A program made the position numbers and the translations under genes. A DNA stretch of 64,000 nt from assembly GCA_045837725.1 (NCBI GenBank), contig JBEWZL010000215.1, positions 62,001-126,000 on the forward strand, given 5' to 3'. Of this stretch, positions 25,814-38,541 are shown in pieces; positions within the stretch are counted from its first letter, which is position 1, and every line of letters starts with the position of its first letter. The DNA is from Vermamoeba vermiformis (lineage: Eukaryota). The notes under the pieces are model-generated. The model made no database searches. It was not told the DNA's origin and saw nothing but the letters and a program-made list of their open reading frames with translations.

Positions 25814-28800
25814 ATGACGAATCTCCTGCGGCACAAAGTCTCTAAGAAAAAGAGAAGATTTATGCAAGATGGCTTTGACTTGGATCTTAGCTGTATCCTT
25901 TATGATTAGATTGCATGATTTCAATTGTGACTTTATTTAAATACTTTAACAATAAGATTCTTCCTTAATTCTACTTTCAAAAAGATATTACCGAACGCAT
26001 CATCGCGATGGGTTTTCCTGCTGACAAAGTAGAAGGCTTGTATAGAAATCCTATTAAACAGGTCAAGAAGTAAGCAATAAATAGCAGAATATACTTGCTA
26101 TTAAGTGAATATTTAACGGCAGAACGTATTCAATTTACTAACTAATTCCAGATTTTACGAGCAAAAGCACGCTGAGCACTACAAGTTGTATAATTTGTAA
26201 GCAAATACTTATGAGCGATTTATAAAGCGATCCATAATGCTTAATTTCATTATTAGATGTGCTGAAAGAACCTACGATCCGAAAAAATTCCATGGGCGAG
26301 GTAATTATTAATATCCAACTTAATATACTATCGAATTAATGCTATTACGCAATACACATAACAATCTAATAAACATTCAATCAGTATCACACTACCCTTT
26401 TGAAGATCACAACGCACCGCCAGTGGATTTGATTGTTCGATGCTGCAAAGACATTGTAAGTGCATCGTAATTACGCGACAAAATAGGGCATTTAAAGGAA
26501 GATTTTGTCCTGATCAGGACCTCTTTACATGATTGACATGCACAACGCTAAATTAATTGATAATCTTGTTCTCATGCATTGCATTAACTCCGCAACAATA
26601 TGTTCGATTTAGCTCAGTTAACACGCGCAGCGGAGATTAGATTTAAATTAATAATAGCAATGTTTTTTTACAACTGCCTCTCATACTCGCAACTGACGCA
26701 CATTCATCGCTTGTAGGAGGACTGGCTCGCAGCAGACACCGAGAACATTGTCGGCATCAACTGCAAGGCTGGCAAGGGCCGCACAGGACTGATCATCTGC
26801 TGCTACTTGTTGCATTCCAAAGAGTGCAAGACCACCGACGAGGCTCTCACTTACTACGGTCACAAGCGCACACACGACGGCAAGGTACGACCGTTATTGC
26901 CTTATTTGGCAAGTCCTCGCTAACGTCACTGCACTAGGGTGTCACCATTGCCTCGCAACAGCGTTACATTCGATACTACGAGAAGATTTTGCAGCTCGGA
27001 GGAATTCCACCCATTCGCGCTCTTTATTTGAACAAATTGCGCGTGCACACTTTGCCCAACTTCCCTAACGGTACAACTGATTGAGTGCCAGTCATGGCTG
27101 ACGGTTACTGACGCAATTTATTTAGACCCCTATTTGACTGTGGAGATGAAGGGCCACATTGTCTTCAAGACCGCGCCAGTGGTGAGTTCTTTATCACCAG
27201 AGGGGTCGTAGAATTAAAGTCTAATCATCCACTAATGCAGAAAGTACCCGGGTCCAAGTCAGGCGAGGCTTACTTTGACATTGACTGCAACAACACCCCC
27301 GTGTTTGGTGACGTTAAGATTCAACTCAGCTGCGCCGCTGGCAACAAAACTGTAAGTCATTTGACACGTGTCACTCGACGACCTTGCTAACACTTCCACT
27401 AGCAAAACTTGTGCCACTACTGGTTCAACACTGGCTTTGTCGATGAAACAAACAAAGTCACGCTGCACAAGGGTGAGATTGACGTTGCCAACAAGGACAA
27501 GAAGTGCGTGCGCTTCAAGAGCGAGTTCGCGCTGGAGATGTTCTTCGACGAAATTGAAGGTGAACACAAGGGCAAAGTGCCTCAAGTGGTGATCACTGAA
27601 GAGGACAATCCCAAGTCTCCGAGCAAGAAGCGCAGACGAATTGTGTCTGTTGTGCTCAGCGACAACACTGTAGACCCACCAAAGGAAGTGTTAGTTATTG
27701 ACAAGACCAAGAAGAACACCGCCAAGAACAATACCAACAACAATAACAACAGCGAGTCTGAACAGCCGACTGAGACCGAGACCAAGCCCAGCGAGAACGG
27801 CCACGACGAGAAAGGTACTGAGACCAACGGTGAAAAGCCCAAGGAAAAGAAGGATAAGGACGGTACGTGACCTTGTAATATAGTCCATGACTATGCCAAT
27901 TCTTATTATGATTTTAGGACGCAATCGAGGTCGTTCGTTCTATCACTACAAAGAGTACAGTGACGAGGGCAAGCACGCCAAGGACGAAGACGTCTCATCC
28001 ACCACTTCTGAAGAGTTCCAAGAGTACTTCGAGTCCTTTGAAGAGAGCAACAGCACTGAACTTGTCGTGCAAAGCAACACCAACGCCAATGCACGCAAAG
28101 ACAGCGCCACAAACTTGAAGGAGTCAGGCAAGGGCGCCAAGAACAGCCCCAAGCCTTCAAAGCGAGCCAGCAAAGACGATGACAGCACTGAGGGCAAGAC
28201 TAAGAGTCCGCGCACCAAGAGCAAGACTGACATTCGTGTGAGCGACAGTCCGCGCAAGAAAGACGATGAGACTGAAAAGAAGCCCGCTGAAGGAGCTGAG
28301 CATAAGGACAAGAAAGATAAGAAAGACAAAAAGGACAAGAAGACTGACAAGCCCGCCGAACCTGTTGCCGAGAAGAAGGACGAGCCCAAGACCTTGCATG
28401 TCAACGAGGGTGACAAGTCTGCCAAGCGCAAGGGCAGCAAGAAAGAGCTGAAGAAAGACGAAAAGAAAGACGAAAAGAAAGACGATAAGGACGTCAAAGC
28501 TGAAGCTCACGATGAAGGCAAGAAGGACGAGCCAGCTGAACACCCCGCCGAGAACAAGGACGTGAAGAAAGTCAAGGGCGAGTCCACTCCCAAGGGCAGT
28601 CCTAAGCCCGAGAAGAAGACCAAGGAGGACAAGAAAGCCGAAAAAGAGAAGAAGAAACAAGACGAGAAGGACGAGAAAGAAAAGAAGAAGCACGAAGAAG
28701 AGGAACGCAAAGCTGCTGAACTGAAGAAAAAACAAGACGAGAAGGACGAGAAAGAGAAGAAAAAATTAGAAGAGAAGGAAGAGAAGGAGAAGAAGAAGCA

Positions 28801-29161
28801 CGACGACAAGAAGAGCAAGAAGAAAGACGACAAAGAAGACAAGCCCGCTGAAGACAAGGACGACGAGAAAGAGAAGAAGAAGCACGACGAGAAAGAAGAA
28901 GTCAGCAGTCCCAAGTCCGAAAAGAAGGTCAAAGAGAACGGTCCTGAGAGCAAGAAGACTGCCAAAGACAAGGAAAATGGCACCAAAGACAAGCCTGCCA
29001 AAGAGAAAGAGAATGGTACGGCAGAGAAGGAGAAAGAGAAGAAGAAGCACGACGAGAAAGAAGAGGTCAGCAGTCCCAAGGCTGATAAGAAAAAAGACAA
29101 AAAAGACAAAGCTAACGGCACTGCTGCTGAGACCAAAGAGGCTGCCGTGACCACTGATTAA
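25814..29161 (+). CDS. PTEN: PTEN-family phosphatase + C2 domain with a very long Lys/Glu/Asp-rich C-terminal tail; multi-exon
   Basis: VSKKKRRFMQDGFDLDLS|YITERIIAMGFP, YPFEDHNAPP, P-loop INCKAGKGRTG, GVTIASQQRY, C2-type HYWFNTGF...LHKGEIDVANKDK. Confidence 0.93.
25893..25984 (+). other. U12-type (minor spliceosome) GT-AG intron, PTEN intron 1
   Basis: 5' site GTATCCTTT. Branch site TTCCTTAAT at 25961-25969, about 15 nt before the AG. Removal restores DLDLSYITERIIAMGFP. Confidence 0.88.
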
Positions 29162-29424
29162 GTCCAGTCTTCTACCGCCCCTCATGTGTTATTACTACCC
29201 CCATAGTGTTTTGATTTATTTATTATTCTGTTTTTATTAACTTTAGCGTTAAAATGACTAATTTTGCGCGAGTTCTGGATCTCATCACACTCGAGACTTG
29301 TATTAATATTGATTAATAAAGTCATTTTAAGCACCTACGTCATACTTGTGTCTGTCATGACTTGTTTAGCCATTCAATTTCGCGCGTCATTCATTTACAT
29401 TCGAAATCGAACAATGAAAGAGAC

Positions 29425-32400
29425 ATGGAAAAATTGCTAGCTTGCCCAATTTGCCAAGAGCCATTTAGACGAGCTGTAGAAGTCAATTGTTGTAACAAAT
29501 GTTATTGCTTTGAGGTAAATGAATGTGGATCTTGCTTAATAATAAAATCAAACCGAAAAATTCAATTAATTTGATTATTTCCTTGTTATTTTTCAAATCA
29601 TTATTGTGATATTATACGTGCTCGATAAATTTAATAATTATTTGTTAAATTGATAACAGTGCATCGCTCAATGGCTGGACGATCCATCGAGTCCGCACAA
29701 CAATTGTCCCAGCTGTCGTGCGCCCCTGCGACGAGGTGATTGGAAAGAAAACAAACCACTGCAAACTCTCGTTGATGATTTGCCGACTACTTGCTGCTAC
29801 GCTGGTATGTTACCCGCAATTATCGCACTTGCTTAATTTGGTGTCAGAATTCGGCTGCGAAGCACTGCTGACACGTGGCATTGCACGTGAGCACGAAGAC
29901 AAGTGCGGCTATCAACGAGTCACGTGTCCATATGGCCCTGATCTCTGCGACAAGGTGCTAAAAATAGAACTTGATGCACACGTGCTCGACTGTCCTCATC
30001 GTCACGTGCCTTGTTCGCGAGGCTGTGGTGTCACATTGCCACGCAGTGCCATGGAGGTAAGTACCGCATTGAAGGATTTGCATCAATTGTAACTTGATTT
30101 AATTGCCTAATTTGGTAGCAACATCTGCAATCTGAATGCGACTTGTTGGAAGTCACGTGCCCGACTTGTCAGTGCGCACTGCTGAAAAAAGAATTGCGCG
30201 CACATTGCTGCCCCCACGTGCCAATCGCTTGTCCGTTCAGTGAATGGGGCTGCTCGAATGAGGCACGTGACTAGTTGAGTGAATGCTGCAGCTAACATCT
30301 ATTCGTAGCTCTTGCCAGTTGAAATGACAGAACACGTGTCGACAGCTGTCACCGATCATTTGACACTCGCACGTGACACTATTGCCAAGATTAACCGCAC
30401 TCTGGAGCTGTGTTTGACACGTATTGACACGCTCGAAAAGGAAAATGTCATTTTAAAGCAACGTCTGGCTGAACTCGAAATGACACGTGTCAATGCACCA
30501 CAAGTGCCAGAGCCATCCATTACCAAATCAGGAAATGCAGCTCCCAAAGTTGTTGATGAAATTGCAATTGAAAAAGAGAAAATTCGCCAATCAAAGAGCC
30601 CAGAAGTGGACCTTGCGAAGAACAACAACAATCAAAATGTCAAAATGACATCTGTCAACAAGACACCTGCCCTCGAGGAGGATGAGTCGATTGAGACCGG
30701 AATCAAAGTACGTTCCTACTATCTGTTTGGCGCGCTGGCAACTGACTGACAATGACCAGATCTTGATGCATCTCCCGTCCGAGATGCAGACCAAATATAG
30801 CAAGTTGATTGGCAGACCACTGGCCATCGTCGAGAATCTGCTGATAGACGAGAAGATTGACTACGCGGGCAAGCTGATTGAAGTGCTCGGACATCCAAAG
30901 GTCAGTGTTGGACACCTGTCATATTTACTCTATTGACACCTAGTCAGAGCGAGGAATTACTGCATTTGTACATCAAAAAAGCACTCACAGTCGACTCCGA
31001 AAGTACGCACTGACTTATTCGTTCATGAACTAATCAATTCACGACCAGCCCAAACCGAAGCACGTGTCACTTTGACAGGCGACTATCAAACTGATTTGTT
31101 GCTGCGGACCAACTTCCGATACCCTCGCGCACCTGGTACGTAATTGTCGTTGATTGCCTTCCCTTTTGACACGTGTCACATTCAGATGTCAAACTCGCCA
31201 AAGCAATGCTCGACCTGCTGACTGACCGCCACAAAGCAGCGTATTATTGTCTGGAGCTGTATCAGCTCTATCAATCGGACTACACGTACTCGCCCAATGT
31301 CAATCACGTGACTGCCATCAAGTACGCCTATGACATGTGCCATAGTACGCTAACAACATGTTTGACAGGCTGATGGATGCGTTGCGTGAGCTGTTGATGT
31401 ACGCCAAGCTGCAGTTCGTGAAGAGTGCCGATTCAGTGAACAGTGGCACCGCTGAACTTTGCGACAGTTTTGTCAGTCACGTGGATCTGTTCGTGTCAAT
31501 CGTGCGCGCTCAGGCTCACGTGACAGTGCAGCTCGCTGATTTCTCTGAGAGCCACAAAGCCAGGTCAGTAATTAGTGGCAAGGTTATTTATGGCTAAAAA
31601 TAGAATTGCTATTCTTAGAAAACTGCGCGACAAATTGATTGTCGAAGAGAAGTTCGAAGTGGCACGTGATGTCGCTGTGATCTGCGGTGTGGAGGTCGAT
31701 GTCGTCTGGGTAGCTTGGTGAGTGACACGTGTCATACTCTGACTCGTATTAACATGTCATACAGGGGCTTGCATCGCTTGCGTGCCGGCAAATATTCCGC
31801 TGCACGTGATGCATTCGCACTGTGTTTGGTGCCAGCTGATTCCTCGACCAAAAAAGGCAATTCATTCGCACTGTCCAAGAAATCTCCCGCAGCCAACAAG
31901 TCCTCCATTGACACTGCGCGTGTTGTGGATGGCATTGTGGCTATTTTAGACACCAGTCAACACGTGTCACTGCCTGCCTCGCATGATGACGTGTCATTGG
32001 ACACTTCGCTCGGTGACCTGCGCAGGTAGGGCACAAGTCATTCATGAATTTAATTTTAACCGATGACACAGTTCTGCGCCAGACAGTGCTAAAAATAGAT
32101 CCATGAACTCCAGCAAAGACTCGCAGCTGCGGCAACAAGAGTGTATTTTCTATTTAGAGCGCTACGGCAACACGCACAGTCTGCTGAGCTATTATTTGAA
32201 GCACAAATTACTCGAAAAAGCCTGTCGTCACGTGATTGATCGCGCACTGTCGCACGGCACATTTGTCGAGTACATTGTCGATCATTGTCTGCGCATGTCA
32301 CTGCTGCCAGAACTCAAACAGATCTTGAAGAAGATTGGTACGGAATTAATTTCCTAATTTGGTTATTTAGTCACTGACTCGTTTGCAGACCCACATATGG

Positions 32401-33364
32401 AAGTCACCAAGCCCTATTTACTCGCCGCGTGCAAATATTTCAATCACAAAAAGGCCTTCAAAACACTGGTCACATTTCAAGTGTTCATGAAAGACTATCT
32501 GCGCGCAGGACTGACGTGCATCAAGATCTTCATGGAGACACTGGATCCGCAGTACAAACTCAAGTGCCTCGAAGTTGCGAAGGGCTATTTTGAAGAGGGC
32601 CTCAAACTGCGCCAACAACTGGCACTGAAAGGTGTCAACGTGTCAACTGAAGTGTCAAACGAGGTGTTGCAAGAGAGTGACGTCAACAAGTACCTCAATC
32701 GCATTGATTTGCAGCTCGAATTGTTGCAATTCTTGATTCCGCGCTACAAAGATATTTCCATCGAGGGCTTCGATCAGTTTACCTTATTTGGCAATCAACA
32801 GCAACGACAAGCCCTGGCAGAATACGTCATATTGCACGATGTAGATCTCGGCCTCGATGTGATTGATGACGCCAAACTCGATCGGATGAGCGTGCTGACG
32901 ACAGCTATTGCCAATTTAGGCAAGTCACTGATCACTGCCATCACTAGCAAAGCAGAGCCCGCGGCAGACATGAAGCGCATTGATGACTTTTTGACTGCCC
33001 TCAAGGTACGTACTGCGGTTTTGATGAAGATCACTGTTTGACACGTGTCATTCAGGAGCCGCTGTCCCCCGTCCAATCAGACACACTGGTGCTCGAACTG
33101 ATTCAACTGCTCGCCCAACACGTGCCCGAAGAACGCTACTGCGACAAATTGATTGCGCGCATCACTGAGCCACGACTGCAAGTGCGCGCACATCTCTGCT
33201 GCGGCAAGTTGAAAGCAGCGTACTTGTTGGCGGTCAAACTCGCTGATCTCGAACTCATTCGCGCACTGCTCGCTGAGGCTGAGCGCGTGCAGTCGAAGAA
33301 CGTGGTGGCACTGTGCCTCAAGTACTTGGAGACGCGGAACAACAACAGCTCTGAGGGCAAGTGA
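29425..33364 (+). CDS. RING + TRAF-type Zn fingers + coiled coil fused to the C-terminal part of spastizin (ZFYVE26/SPG15), without FYVE; multi-exon
   Basis: RING CPICQEPF...C..C..CIAQWL..CPSCR. TRAF Zn fingers HEDKCGYQRVTCPY, HVLDCPHRHVPC. Spastizin-like ILMHLPSEMQTKYSKLIGRPLAIVENLL, QECIFYLERYG, YLLAACKYFNHKK...FQVFMKDYLRAGLTCIKIF, RAHLCCGKLKAAYLLAVK. Confidence 0.8.
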
Positions 33365-33450
33365 GCGGATCTAGCTTAATGTAAATAGCAATGCACTTGT
33401 ACTATATAAAAAATGGCTTTATATTAGAGGGGTATCATATCAACACTAAT

Positions 33451-34486
<1,036 letters not shown>

Positions 34487-34734
34487 TCTGTTTTAATTAA
34501 GCGCGAATTAGTGTTTTTGCGTGATATGAAGGATAAATAACAATGCGTACTTGTTGTTGATGTGGGTGCAAGCACTACAACTGAATTCACTGTTCGCCGA
34601 TCCAAAAATCGTTTTTTTTATCAATTTTAGCTTTATCGAACAACCCCTAGAAAATTCCAGTCAGTACTGCTGATTCACTTTGAGCAACAAAGGCATCAAG
34701 TACATAGCAGTATTATAATCACAGCAGCTCAACG

Positions 34735-35918
34735 ATGTCACACGTAATGATAATCGGTTAGATCCCAAAACAATAGTATTAACGGGCCGTGTAATTAATA
34801 GGACGAGAAAGACCACGAAAGAAACCGCGAGTTGTTATACAAAATTCTCGTAGTCGGTGATATTGGTGTTGGCAAGACTAGGTAAGCTCTCATCAGTCAC
34901 TTCTGCTTCAACAATTATTAAAGTCGCAATATTGTCCCTTTGCAATTCATTGGTGCTTAATTTGGTTATTAACGCACTGTTAAATTAAATGAATGCATAC
35001 AAATTATGTTTGCATTTTTACGCGACGCCAACAAGCAGATCGGATCTTTGTCTAACGTTCTGGCAGTATTATCAAGCGTTATGTCCACGGAATATTTTCA
35101 ATGCATTACAAATCGACAGTAAGTTATAATATGGCTGATTGTCCATTCAATTTGATTCATTCTTCCCAACCAGATCGGCGTTGATTTTGCATTGAAAGTA
35201 CTGCAGTGGGACTCGCATACTACAGTGCGCTTGCAACTCTGGGATATTGCTGGTAAGTCATATATACTGCTGGACTGTAGAGTGGAGTTTAAGACAAAGA
35301 TACGCGAACGAATAATTTCTTGCCGCGGATCTTATTTGAATCAATCAATTTCGATAATAATATGATTAGTGCTATAATGAGCACTACAACAGCATTCATT
35401 ACGCTGATACTAATGCTGCGTGCTCCAGGTCAAGAACGCTTTGGCAACATGACGCGTGTCTACTACAAAGAAGCGGTCGGCGCGTTTGTCGTGTTTGACG
35501 TCACGCGGTAAGTCTAATAATAGCGCTGTCTAAATAAGGCAATGCTAACTGCGCGCCACTCGACAGCTTGTCCACATTTGAAGCAGTACAAAAGTGGAAG
35601 AACGACATCGACAGCAAGGTGCAGCTGCCCAAGAGCGACAAGCCCATTCCCGTCGTGCTGCTGGCCAACAAAGTCGACCTCGCCAAGGACGAGTTCGCGC
35701 AGATCAGAGAACAGATGGACAAGTTCTGCAAGGACCACGGCTTTGTGGGCTGGTTCGAGACCTCGGCCAAGGACAACACGGGCATCGACAACGCGGCGCA
35801 GTTGTTGGTGAAGAGCATTCTCGAGCACGATGTGAGCAGCGATGACGTCAAGAGCGAGGGCATCAGACTCGCGGAGGACGAGCCACAGCCCACCAACGAC
35901 AAGGAGTGCCGCTGCTAG
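34735..35918 (+). CDS. RAB32: Rab32/38-family small GTPase; multi-exon
   Basis: LYKILVVGDIGVGKTS, YKSTIGVDFALK, LWDIAGQERFGNMTRVYYKEA (the WDIAG variant is diagnostic), ANKVD, WFETSAK, C-terminal CRC. Confidence 0.93.
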
Positions 35919-36244
35919 GCACAGGGGCAGTGCGAGGGGCGTATATATATCGGACATATAGCGCGAGGGTTGTTGTATAGTGCGTGGTCAGTGTTGGGGA
36001 TCTGACTGCGCAGATGTGAGTGGATAATTAAAATAAACTCGTATTCTTATGTACACTCGCTAGATGAACGAGCATATAGATACTGAAATAGCACCTCTGT
36101 TTGAATCACGTGTTGGATCTGGCGGAGATTGCGTGGTTGCAAAAATTCAATTTCAAAAACAGAATTTGATCCAAACTACACAAACAACGACTGTTGATTT
36201 GAAGGACTTTATTCATACTATAGTTGTTGTAGATATTGACAATA

Positions 36245-38351
36245 ATGAGTAATCCTGACATGTAAGCCGAATCTAGCCAACGAATTTTTCCGTTTTAATA
36301 TTTCAATTAATAATTTCATTATTATAACTTTAAATTGATATCAACTATTAGCACTCAAATTAAATTTGCAAAATTATGATGGGTGATTTTTAAAAATCAA
36401 AATTAAAACACAAATACATTCCAGAATCTTAATATTAACTGTTGCTAGTGATGAGCTTGATTCAATATTGCAGTCGATTGGTGTATCGCGTAAGTGCGGA
36501 ATTTCGGTGCGATATTGCGCTGAAAGTTAACTAATTGAAATTTACTAACTCGGATCCTCGTTACAACAGCGGCAGATCTGACGCCCAATCCACAGCCCAC
36601 CCCTACACCTGCAGTAGAGCCTATTAAAGTCACAATCAGTGCTGGTCCTGGCCCCGCACTCTCCTCAGGTCCTGGTGCCATGCGCTCTTCAGGACCGGGT
36701 GCGATGTCTTCCGGGCCTGGATTCAGTTCAGGACCTGGCAATGCAGTCATGTCTGCAGGCCCTGGCATGAGCTACTCGTCAGGCCCTGGTATGATGTCTT
36801 CAGGTCCTGGTGTCACGTACTCATCAGGCCCTGGCATGATGTCGTCAGGCCCCGGCAATGCAGTCATGTCGTCAGGTCCAGGCGTCATTTCTTCAGGCCC
36901 CGGTGCTATGCGCTCATCGGGCCCTGGTGCGATGTCTTCAGGCCCTGGTGCCATGCGCTCCTCAGGCCCTGGTAAGTCACGTGCGCTACTGTAGAGGCGC
37001 GGGGACTGATGTAGAGTGCAGGGGCTGCAGTGCTCTCCGCAGGACCAGGAGCAGCGTGGGCCCGACAGAAGGCCGAAGAAGAGCTGCAGCCAGCCCCGCC
37101 CATGCCCACCACCACGCCTGATGGACGCGCGATTGTGCATCAAGGTCCACCGTGTGCGCAGTGCGGTGAAATGATCATCGGCCAAGTGGTCACTGGTACG
37201 TGTTCATATGACATACTAGTGCCCTCGCTGCTGTGCTGTTACTAATCGCAGTGCAGCGCTCGGCAAGACCTATCACCCCGATCACTTTGTGTGCTATCAC
37301 TGCTCGCAGCCATTCATCGAGTGAGTACATTACACGTCCTATATATATATCTCCTATTCGATGGTGTCTGACACGACGACAGCGGCAAGTATCTGATCAA
37401 CGACAATCAGCCCTATTGCGCCAAAGACTTTCACGACTTGTTCAGTCCGCGCTGCAAGACGTGCGGCGACATCATCGTGGACAAGTGCATCAATGCGGGG
37501 GGCCAGTACTTCCATCCCAATCACTTCTGTTGCTGCACGTGCGGCACCAATCTCAAGGGCCTCAAGTACAAAATTGACGAAGAGAGCAAAGACATCTACT
37601 GCTTGACCTGCATGTCCTCGCGCGTCAAGAAGATCGATCCTGTCGCGCGTGTCTGCAGCATTTGCAAGCGACCAATCGTGGGCGAGTACATCAATCTGCG
37701 CGGACAGTTCATGCACCCCGAACACATGCGCTGCGAAGAGTGCGGCTGCGAGCTGACAGGCGGCAACTGTCACGAGTTTGAAGGTGCGCTGTACTGTCTC
37801 GAGCACTATCAACAGCTCTTGCGCAAGACGTGCGCGCACTGCAGCAAGCCTATTTTGGGCCGTTCAGTCACTGCGCTGGGTCGTGTGTGGCACCCAGAAC
37901 ACTTCATGTGCGAGGTGTGCAAAGAACCATTTATGGGCAGCAGTTACTATGAGCGCGATGGCAAGGCCTATTGTGACGTGCACTTCAACTCGCTGTTCGG
38001 CCACATGTGCGACAAGTGCGGCGAGCCTATTTTCAAGGTCAGTAGCATGAAACCCTACATTAACTGTGTGTGATGCTCATCTTGCTGCAGAACGGCATTG
38101 ATTTCTTGGACAAGCACTATCACCCCGAACACTTTATGTGCATGGTCTGCGACAAGTTGTTGACGCGCAGCAATCTGACAGAGTGGGAGAGCAAGCCCAT
38201 GTGTTCGGACTGCTATTTGAAGCTGCCAGGTGAAGTCCGAAAGAAGTTTGAAACGCGCAAGAAACGCGAGCGTGACGCGCAGAAAAAGCGTGAAAAAGAC
38301 GCGGAGAAAGCGAAGAAAGAGAGCTTGAAACAGAGCAAAGCCGCGAAATAA
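36245..38351 (+). CDS. Five-LIM-domain PINCH/LIM2-like protein with an N-terminal LD motif and S(S/A)GPG repeats; multi-exon
   Basis: MSNPD|IDELDSILQSI, 16 S(S/A)GPG units, five LIM domains, PINCH-like end KPMCSDCYLKLPGEVRKK. Confidence 0.85.
36638..37050 (+). repeat. Coding tandem repeat of 16 x S(S/A)GPG units with variable 1-4 aa spacers, interrupted by one intron
   Basis: Recurrent tcaggccctgg / tcaggtcctgg units, visible in ORF 36680-36994 and its flanks. Confidence 0.9.
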
Positions 38352-38541
38352 CAGCAGTGAAGTGTAGCAGTAGCCAATAAAACTTGTAATTACTAGGTGC
38401 TTGTCTCGAGCCTCACAGAATTCAGTTGGTTGCACCTCACATCAGTTTCACGAACGAACGACATCGTTTTCAAGCAGGATCTGGACTTGACCGCCTGCGT
38501 GCATTTATATTTACAAGATTTCGCGACTAAGGAAGTATATA

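Noticed and set aside
27946-29185. Long minus-strand ORFs rich in F/S/L
   Set aside because: Antisense shadows of the purine-rich PTEN tail exon.
36638-36975. Short repeats with variable spacers, superficially CRISPR-like
   Set aside because: In-frame coding repeat in a eukaryotic exon; units too short and no cas genes.
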